From positions 32,001 to 96,000 of IMG/VR virus record IMGVR_UViG_3300031949_000008: a stretch of DNA of 64,000 nucleotides; one strand, written 5' to 3'. Within the stretch, counting starts at the first letter, position 1, and each line of letters begins with the position of its first letter. Shown here in pieces: positions 58,247 to 64,000 of the stretch. The DNA comes from a virus. The position numbers were made by a program, and so were the translations under genes. The notes beneath the pieces are model-generated. The model was not told the DNA's origin, ran no database searches, and saw only the letters and a list, made by a program, of their open reading frames with translations.

Positions 58247-59008
58247 TTATTCTATATGATCAGCTAGACCAAATTCTATAACTTCTTTAGCATCTAACCA
58301 TAGTTCTTTTTTATCAATACGTGATTGAAGATCTGTTAGTGAGAATTTACTATGTGCAGATATATATGCATTAATATTATTTTGAATCTTTCTTAATATT
58401 TTTGCTTCTTCTTCTTTAGATGTAGGTGTCTCTACTTTAAGAAATGTAAAACTCTGTAATTCATGAAACATTGCCATTGCATTTCTATCAATATACCTAT
58501 ATCCAGTACTTCCTGAAACAAGAATAATGATTCCAGCAGAAGCTGCAAGACCTTTTGCTCTAACTTCTACAATAGTTCCATTACGCTTAACATCTTCAAT
58601 TAAACCTGCCATAGCTAATGCATCAAATACTGATCCACCAAAACTGAATAAATGTATTACAAGCTTTTTTGGAGATCTAATTTTAACATATTGTAAATTT
58701 TTCCATAATGAAGAGTAATCTATATATTCAAGGTATAAATGAATAGAATCGCCTTCTGCTCTTATTCCCTTAGCTATACTTTCCTTAAGAGCCATATCAT
58801 ATGTAAGTTCATTTATTTTCTTATCTTGTTCTACTTTTTCTAGATCGGATTCTATTTTCTTGATTGTTAATTCCTTGATTTTTACATCAAGGTCTGAACA
58901 TTTATTCGTTATATTATTATCCTGAGCAAATGCTACTGAAAAACATGACAGCATTCCGATAGTTAAAACTATCGCTATTGCTTTCTTGAGCCAAGATTTC
59001 ACATTCAT
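58247..59008 (-). CDS. ClpP-family (S14) serine protease with N-terminal signal peptide
   Basis: SFGGSV, AASAG (Ser), MFHE (His), WL.A.E..EFGLAD; N-terminus KK-hydrophobic-AFA. Confidence 0.85.
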   Translation of the reverse strand: MNVKSWLKKAIAIVLTIGMLSCFSVAFAQDNNITNKCSDLDVKIKELTIKKIESDLEKVEQDKKINELTYDMALKESIAKGIRAEGDSIHLYLEYIDYSSLWKNLQYVKIRSPKKLVIHLFSFGGSVFDALAMAGLIEDVKRNGTIVEVRAKGLAASAGIIILVSGSTGYRYIDRNAMAMFHELQSFTFLKVETPTSKEEEAKILRKIQNNINAYISAHSKFSLTDLQSRIDKKELWLDAKEVIEFGLADHIE

Positions 59009-59376
59009 GTTGTCTCCTTCTTCTTACTAGATTTTTCTAAATATTCACTTGCTTTTATTAATACCTGTGAATTGTCTTTAAAATGTCCAAGACCTTTATT
59101 ACATCTTCGACAAAGAATACCACGTATTTTTCCAGTTGAATGATCATGATCTATAGCACTATTTTTAATAGTTATATTTGTATTACAAATAGGACACATA
59201 TTTTCACATTTAATAAGCATTTCTTCTATATCTTGTAATGTAAGATTATAGTGTGATTTATAATGTTTCTCTTTCTTATATACCTGATGTTCTGAATTCC
59301 ATTTTCTTCTATAATCTTGAAGATACTGTTTATGAGTATCTCTCCATTGTTTTTGATATTCTTTTTTATTATACAT
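59005..59376 (-). CDS. endonuclease VII-like homing endonuclease
   Basis: CPIC...IDHDH.TGKIRGILC..CNKGLG.F.D. Confidence 0.88.
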   Translation of the reverse strand: MYNKKEYQKQWRDTHKQYLQDYRRKWNSEHQVYKKEKHYKSHYNLTLQDIEEMLIKCENMCPICNTNITIKNSAIDHDHSTGKIRGILCRRCNKGLGHFKDNSQVLIKASEYLEKSSKKKETT

Positions 59377-59442
59377 TTTTACCTCCTATTAGGTATTGGG
59401 GGAGAATAGGCTCCCCCACTTTAGGTCATGACTCCTAAAGTC

Positions 59443-59568
59443 CTAAATTTTCTTGGGATGTTTACGAACTTTTCTCTTCTTGGAAACAATTTTCCAGGAC
59501 ATCTCAGGTATTCTTAAACCTGGTGAGATATTTGCTGTACTTGTTGCTCCTGTAACTACTTCAGCCAT
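59443..59568 (-). CDS. 41-aa basic peptide (not in ORF track)
   Basis: MAEVVTG...KKRKVRKHPKKI. Confidence 0.5.
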   Translation of the reverse strand: MAEVVTGATSTANISPGLRIPEMSWKIVSKKRKVRKHPKKI

Positions 59569-59632
59569 AATATGTTTCCCCAACCCCACCCTCGCCCTTT
59601 ATTTATTATAGGGTTACGCTCTACTTTATTAC

Positions 59633-59779
59633 TTATTTATTCTTTTTACCTTTTATACTTTTAAACATTTTTAATTGCGCAATTCTCTTATCTGCAGTAG
59701 TATCAGAAGGATAGACTTTTGGAAGTAATTTTCCAGATTCTAAACGAATTTTCCATCCACCACTTACCTTTACTTTCAT
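59633..59779 (-). CDS. 48-aa basic peptide (not in ORF track)
   Basis: MKVKVSGGWKIRLESGK...; AAGGAG RBS. Confidence 0.6.
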   Translation of the reverse strand: MKVKVSGGWKIRLESGKLLPKVYPSDTTADKRIAQLKMFKSIKGKKNK

Positions 59780-59808
59780 AATATGCTCCTTACATATAGA
59801 GTATGTTT

Positions 59809-60105
59809 TTAGTCACGCTTTTTGCGTATGTTTTTAATATGTTGACGAAGAGATTCCCTAGTCATATTAAGCATTTGACAGATTTCTTCACGTGTTTTAC
59901 TATCTAACAAGGCGTGAAGTATTTTTCTTTCTGTTTCCGTATACTTAGACTTTTCTATAAAATCTGGCCAATTACCTGACTGTGGATTAGAAAGAAGTAG
60001 TTCTCTTTGCTCCTTATTATCTTGATTTACATACATTTCTGCTTCTGGACAGAGACAAGAACATAGAGATTTATTAGGACATTCATTACATAACATATTG
60101 ATCAT
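59809..60105 (-). CDS. Cys-cluster plus LuxR/sigma-region-4-like HTH regulator
   Basis: CNEC....C..LC; TETE..IL...KTREEICQML.MTRESL..HI..IR. Confidence 0.7.
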   Translation of the reverse strand: MINMLCNECPNKSLCSCLCPEAEMYVNQDNKEQRELLLSNPQSGNWPDFIEKSKYTETERKILHALLDSKTREEICQMLNMTRESLRQHIKNIRKKRD

Positions 60106-60359
60106 ATTGGTCTAATTAAATTAGCCCCACCTATCCTCTGTAATTTTCGTTTACGGATATAAGTTGGACAGAATACATGTCCACATCCAGGACATTCAAT
60201 CCATCCATAACCAGAAAGCATTACCAAGTACTCAAAAGTACTGATTAATTTACTACAGAAGGGACAAGATGCAGTCTCTGCCTCCTTTAGCATTTCTGCC
60301 TCATCGGCCTCTAAAGCCGCAACCTCTTCTTTTTTCTTTTGAGCCATTTCTTCTGACAT
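60102..60359 (-). CDS. zinc-ribbon protein
   Basis: CPFC...CPGCG. Confidence 0.6.
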   Translation of the reverse strand: MSEEMAQKKKEEVAALEADEAEMLKEAETASCPFCSKLISTFEYLVMLSGYGWIECPGCGHVFCPTYIRKRKLQRIGGANLIRPI

Positions 60360-60371
60360 TATAATTTCTCC

Positions 60372-60590
60372 TTAGCAAGATCTCAATATTATAACTAGTA
60401 TAAAAAGTACTATACATAAACCTATAAATGATATTATAGTATTTATGAAACCGTCATCCCTGTGTGCCCAATAATTACATCTTGAGAGATTATATTGAAT
60501 TCGTCCTGGATATATACATACCCACCATTTAACCTTATCTATCCCTTTAAATTTATATAGTCTATTTCCACATTTAGGACATATTTTCAT
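60372..60590 (-). CDS. zinc-ribbon protein with C-terminal TM helix
   Basis: CPKCG...C...C; hydrophobic C-terminus. Confidence 0.55.
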   Translation of the reverse strand: MKICPKCGNRLYKFKGIDKVKWWVCIYPGRIQYNLSRCNYWAHRDDGFINTIISFIGLCIVLFILVIILRSC

Positions 60591-60775
60591 ACTTCTTCTA
60601 CCCCTATCTCAATGATTGGACAATCTTCATAGTAATACCATTTGTCTATTCTTTTCTTTAGCCAATTACACCAACATGTTCCTTCTTCAAAGAAAGGACA
60701 GTCTATGCACTTCTTATTAGGTCTAATGGTTACTTTATTTGTGATAGCGTAACATCCTAAGATCTCAGTTTTCAT
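60587..60775 (-). CDS. small Cys-rich hypothetical protein
   Basis: CIDCPF...C...CP. Confidence 0.55.
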   Translation of the reverse strand: MKTEILGCYAITNKVTIRPNKKCIDCPFFEEGTCWCNWLKKRIDKWYYYEDCPIIEIGVEEV

Positions 60776-61136
60776 GCTTCTTCCATTTCTTATAAACTTT
60801 GGCTAGGTCAGGTAATGCTTCAACCAAAAAGTCAGCAGCTCTAGCGCAGACTTTTGAGAATTGAGGATGATTAAATACCATTAAATAAGTATCATGCCCA
60901 TGACTTAAATCATTAGAGGGTCTATATCTACAATCAGCCCTAGTAATTACGAACTCCATAACTTCATGTAATAGAGTTTCTACTACATCTATCCATGTTC
61001 CATTAACACCAATCTTAATTATAGGTAACTTACCTCTTTCTGGACAGAAAGTATATGAACCACCATTTCCTTCAAAAATAATGAGTTCACATTGTTCAAA
61101 ACCAATATAATATGTACCAACTATTTTTTGCTTCAT
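60765..61136 (-). CDS. hypothetical protein (HExxE metallopeptidase-like)
   Basis: TLLHEVME. Confidence 0.5.
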   Translation of the reverse strand: MKQKIVGTYYIGFEQCELIIFEGNGGSYTFCPERGKLPIIKIGVNGTWIDVVETLLHEVMEFVITRADCRYRPSNDLSHGHDTYLMVFNHPQFSKVCARAADFLVEALPDLAKVYKKWKKHEN

Positions 61137-61294
61137 GCGTCCACCAATATTAAACTATCTAGTTGAAATGTACTTCTATGTAATATTGCTCCGTCAAACC
61201 AAACACAATAAACTGTTTGGCCAAAAATGTCTTCTACTGTCATTTCAGGACCACCTGTAATTTTTACTACATCTCCTACTTTTAATGGTTCCAT
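61133..61294 (-). CDS. YodC/DUF2158-like protein (not in ORF track)
   Basis: KVGDVV..TGGPEMTV...CVWFDG...F...L; GGAGG RBS. Confidence 0.75.
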   Translation of the reverse strand: MEPLKVGDVVKITGGPEMTVEDIFGQTVYCVWFDGAILHRSTFQLDSLILVDA

Positions 61295-61302
61295 AATTCC
61301 TC

Positions 61303-61629
61303 CTATGCTGTTGTAACTGGTGTCTTTTTCATTGCTGGCTTTTTATTTCTCTTAGGCACTAAAAAATAATATATCATAGGTGGCCATCTCTCAGCTACAC
61401 ACTTATCTCCAATTGTATCACCTATAATATCCATTATAATCAAAGGAATACTCCAATCAGTGATCTTACCTACAATATAGAAACTTATCCAGGTAAATGT
61501 CTTGGTTATTAAAGATACAGGAATTACTGTATTTCCTTTCTTTCCTATTACAGTCATAGCACTTATATTTACCAAATAAGAGGCTATGGTACTGGAGATA
61601 AAAACAATTATGATCCATAAGAGCATCAT
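61303..61629 (-). CDS. small membrane protein
   Basis: Several hydrophobic segments. Confidence 0.55.
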   Translation of the reverse strand: MMLLWIIIVFISSTIASYLVNISAMTVIGKKGNTVIPVSLITKTFTWISFYIVGKITDWSIPLIIMDIIGDTIGDKCVAERWPPMIYYFLVPKRNKKPAMKKTPVTTA

Positions 61630-61898
61630 ACATGTTTATGCTCCATAACTGCAGCATTTAATTCTCTTGTAAAAGTTGATACTTTATTAAAGTCACCTGT
61701 AACTTCAAAGAATACTGTTTCTCGTAGAATTCGTTTATGCACATCCAAAGTTATGTTAACTTCATTATCAATGGCTAATTCTTTTAAGAATTCAGGTAGA
61801 TGGGCAAATTTTGGACCTTCTATATAGGATTTTATATAACCTTCTTGTTCAATTGTGGATATATTAGAAGTTCCACTGGTACAATATGTTTCAGGCAT
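61626..61898 (-). CDS. hypothetical protein
   Basis: 90 aa, AAGGAG RBS. Confidence 0.55.
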   Translation of the reverse strand: MPETYCTSGTSNISTIEQEGYIKSYIEGPKFAHLPEFLKELAIDNEVNITLDVHKRILRETVFFEVTGDFNKVSTFTRELNAAVMEHKHV

Positions 61899-62061
61899 GC
61901 TTTCTCTCCTTATATAACTTCTTTGTTCGCTGATATACTGATCTTAGGCTATATTCTTTATTAACAACCTGACCTGTATGTAATGTCTCGTATTCTCTAT
62001 CTCTAGGATCAACATTCCCATAAACAGTCTTCCTCAATAGTTTTGCCTTCTTATCATTCAT
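61891..62061 (-). CDS. 56-aa hypothetical protein (not in ORF track)
   Basis: MNDKKAKLLRK...YQRTKK; AAGGAG RBS. Confidence 0.6.
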   Translation of the reverse strand: MNDKKAKLLRKTVYGNVDPRDREYETLHTGQVVNKEYSLRSVYQRTKKLYKERKHA

Positions 62062-62093
62062 TTACGACTCCTTACCAGCTGAGGTTCCTATTA

Positions 62094-62279
62094 CTATCCA
62101 TATAGGGCGTCTTTAAAATAATTAAATTCTGTTATCCTGTTATCAGAGTTCATGCATTCATTAGAGCAATAAGCTATCTGTAAATCTGGATTAATTAAAG
62201 CTTCTGGACTTAATGTAATAAATCTTATAAGAAAAGGATAAATACAAGGTTTGCCACATATAACACAATTTCTATTCAT
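62094..62279 (-). CDS. small zinc-finger protein (first late ORF)
   Basis: CVICG...YCSNEC. Confidence 0.6.
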   Translation of the reverse strand: MNRNCVICGKPCIYPFLIRFITLSPEALINPDLQIAYCSNECMNSDNRITEFNYFKDALYG

Positions 62280-62292
62280 AACATCTCCTACT

Positions 62293-62326
62293 TATATAAA
62301 TAGTAAAATCCTTAAAGTTGTGACAT
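62293..62326 (-). promoter_or_regulatory. putative phage late promoter, copy 1 (ATGTCACAA-N14-CTATTTATATA)
   Basis: At the head of the 60-kb minus-strand region; matches 14625-14658 including the downstream AGGAGATGTTAT. Confidence 0.7.
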
Positions 62327-62340
62327 GATTATAAAAATAT

Positions 62341-62410
62341 AAAGGACGACAATGATAGGTATTACTATACATATAAGAAATATAGAAAACTATGACATGT
62401 GTCGTCCTTT
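62341..62410. repeat. 11-bp inverted repeat in the divergent intergenic region
   Basis: AAAGGACGACA ... TGTCGTCCTTT. Confidence 0.6.
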
Positions 62411-62733
62411 TGAATAAAAAGAGCATAAGGGGTCTATAAACTACCTTTGAAATATAATTTTATAGTATACGGCACTGACACCTTTTTATGGTGATAGGTG
62501 GCCCCCCTCATGGTGTGATAGTCATAGTTTCATAGTCCATAAGGTTGATAGTATTCACAATCACAAATTATCATAACTATTTGATATGATTAATCTATCT
62601 TAGATTGCTCACCATTCCTTATGTGAACTTCTAATTACCTTTACAGTTCAATCCTTTAGATAGTCAAATATTTTCACTTAAAAATCCAATAAATTTAATT
62701 TTCTAATAATTTCAAAGGTTTAATCCCTATCTA

Positions 62734-62762
62734 TTGACAAAAACATTGTTATTTTTTATAAT
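62734..62762 (+). promoter_or_regulatory. consensus sigma70 early promoter
   Basis: TTGACA-17nt-TATAAT with AT-rich upstream sequence. Confidence 0.9.
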
Positions 62763-62830
62763 TTGGCCAAAATCGAAAATCTAAAAGGAAATGGAGAGGA
62801 AGGAAATGGCCTATTGAGAGGAGAGATAAC

Positions 62831-62947
62831 ATGATAATATATGTGGCTCACAGATCAGATTTTAGAGTGTGTAAGTATTGTCTCACAAAAGTAAACAAGA
62901 GATACCGAAAAGCACACAAGAGAAACTGTAGAGCAATCAAACAATGA
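62831..62947 (+). CDS. 38-aa C2HC zinc-finger-like peptide (not in ORF track)
   Basis: MIIYVAHRSDFRVCKYCLTKVNKRYRKAHKRNCRAIKQ; GAGGAG RBS. Confidence 0.5.
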   Translation: MIIYVAHRSDFRVCKYCLTKVNKRYRKAHKRNCRAIKQ

Positions 62948-63266
62948 TTGGGGGTTCAGAAACCCTACTGGTACACAATACAGTAAAAAACTGATAAGCA
63001 TTACGCTGTATGCTTAGGTTTGACCAAACAGATACCGAATAGGTGATAATCAGCACCTAACAGCAGGAATGGAAGTTTGACAAATGGTTTGGCATATGTG
63101 TCGCTTCCCTACCGTCCAAACGCCAATGACGGTCATAATTCAGGGCTATATACCTGAATATCCTTAAGGCTGCTGATTACATTCCTATCTGGAATATGGC
63201 TTCAGATAGGCCAATATGGATTCTCATACTTGCTCTATCCTACAATCAATAAAACAGGAGAATACC

Positions 63267-63629
63267 ATGAATAACACTGTCACATTGAAGGTAGGAAAAG
63301 CAAGTATTGTATGCAGACCAGAGGATGTTGCCAAGATTATGGCACAAATCGGCGGAACGACTGGCACCGGCACTCCAGTGTATGAAAAGAGTGCTGAAGT
63401 CCACAAGGCCATCAGAAACATCAAAGCAGACAATGCTGAAGAACTGGTCATCAAGTCATTAGCCGGTCGAACAGGACTGCATACCGTGTTTAGTGGTCTG
63501 AATGATGAAATCCGAACACGGTATAATCTTGATCCTGTCAAGGTGACCAACGACATGATCGCTAATGGAATTCTTGATGAAAAGAAAAGTCGTCCATCAA
63601 AAAGGGGTTTTTGGATTGTATTGAAGTAA
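63267..63629 (+). CDS. early hypothetical protein
   Basis: ATG 63267 after AGGAG (ORF track starts at 63216); G.H.VFSG.N...DPV.VT pattern. Confidence 0.65.
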   Translation: MNNTVTLKVGKASIVCRPEDVAKIMAQIGGTTGTGTPVYEKSAEVHKAIRNIKADNAEELVIKSLAGRTGLHTVFSGLNDEIRTRYNLDPVKVTNDMIANGILDEKKSRPSKRGFWIVLK

Positions 63630-64000
63630 AGTCAATTAAAACGCATACATAACAACCAGCATCTGTCAAATGCTGAATTGTAGGATAGAGCAAGAATGGG
63701 AATCCATATTGGTCTTTAGAATACTGCAACCTGTTGTGTAAATTTATACATTGTCAGTACATTATGCCTTATAGTCTGTTCTGTTGTAAGACTATCTCAA
63801 CATAATGTTATGAAATGTATAGATTGCATATCCTTTTCCTAATCCTGTCAAACTAAGTAAATATATGAATGGGCAGAGTATAGGTGGAAGTCCTATAACT
63901 ATATCTATCTAGAATAGGACTAGTAAGCTCATTAAGCCTTACTTATCACTATTGGATATAGGTTTCATCAATGTCATATATCTAAAAGGGAGATGCCTTA

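Noticed and set aside
58247-59008. ClpP as the prohead maturation protease
   Set aside because: It has a signal peptide and lies about 11 kb from the capsid gene; a separate scaffold gene fits P22-like assembly.
1-64000. tRNA, rRNA, integrase or alternative genetic code
   Set aside because: None recognised by eye; long genes read cleanly in the standard code and TAG, TGA and TAA all act as stops.

Overview
This is a 64-kb AT-rich segment of a tailed dsDNA phage with a podovirus-like (P22/SU10-type) head and tail module. Almost the whole window (about 62.3 kb down to 1.9 kb) is a minus-strand late region. In transcription order it holds small regulatory ORFs, a ClpP-family protease with a signal peptide, TerS, TerL, portal, scaffold and a major capsid gene with two group I introns. 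These are followed by adaptor, tail and ejection genes, an 11-kb glycosylation/methylation cluster and a lysis cassette. Plus-strand early regions flank it: an SbcC/gp46-like gene on the left and a consensus sigma70 promoter on the right. About ten homing endonuclease genes are scattered through the late region. The strongest candidate for a new system is a RiPP-maturase-like cassette inside the tail module. It has two radical SAM/SPASM enzymes, a PanC-like HxGH ligase, a GNAT-like protein and one unknown gene. It lies just upstream of three C1q-like tail-fibre paralogues, one of which carries an inserted array of eight CxCxxxCY-type repeats, and one of the radical SAM enzymes has a copy of that motif in its own tail. 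Also notable: the second capsid intron carries its own copy of the 3' exon, a bipartite late-promoter-like motif occurs three times (once antisense), and a perfect H-type pseudoknot precedes the adaptor gene. All family assignments come from recognising motifs by eye; no searches were run.
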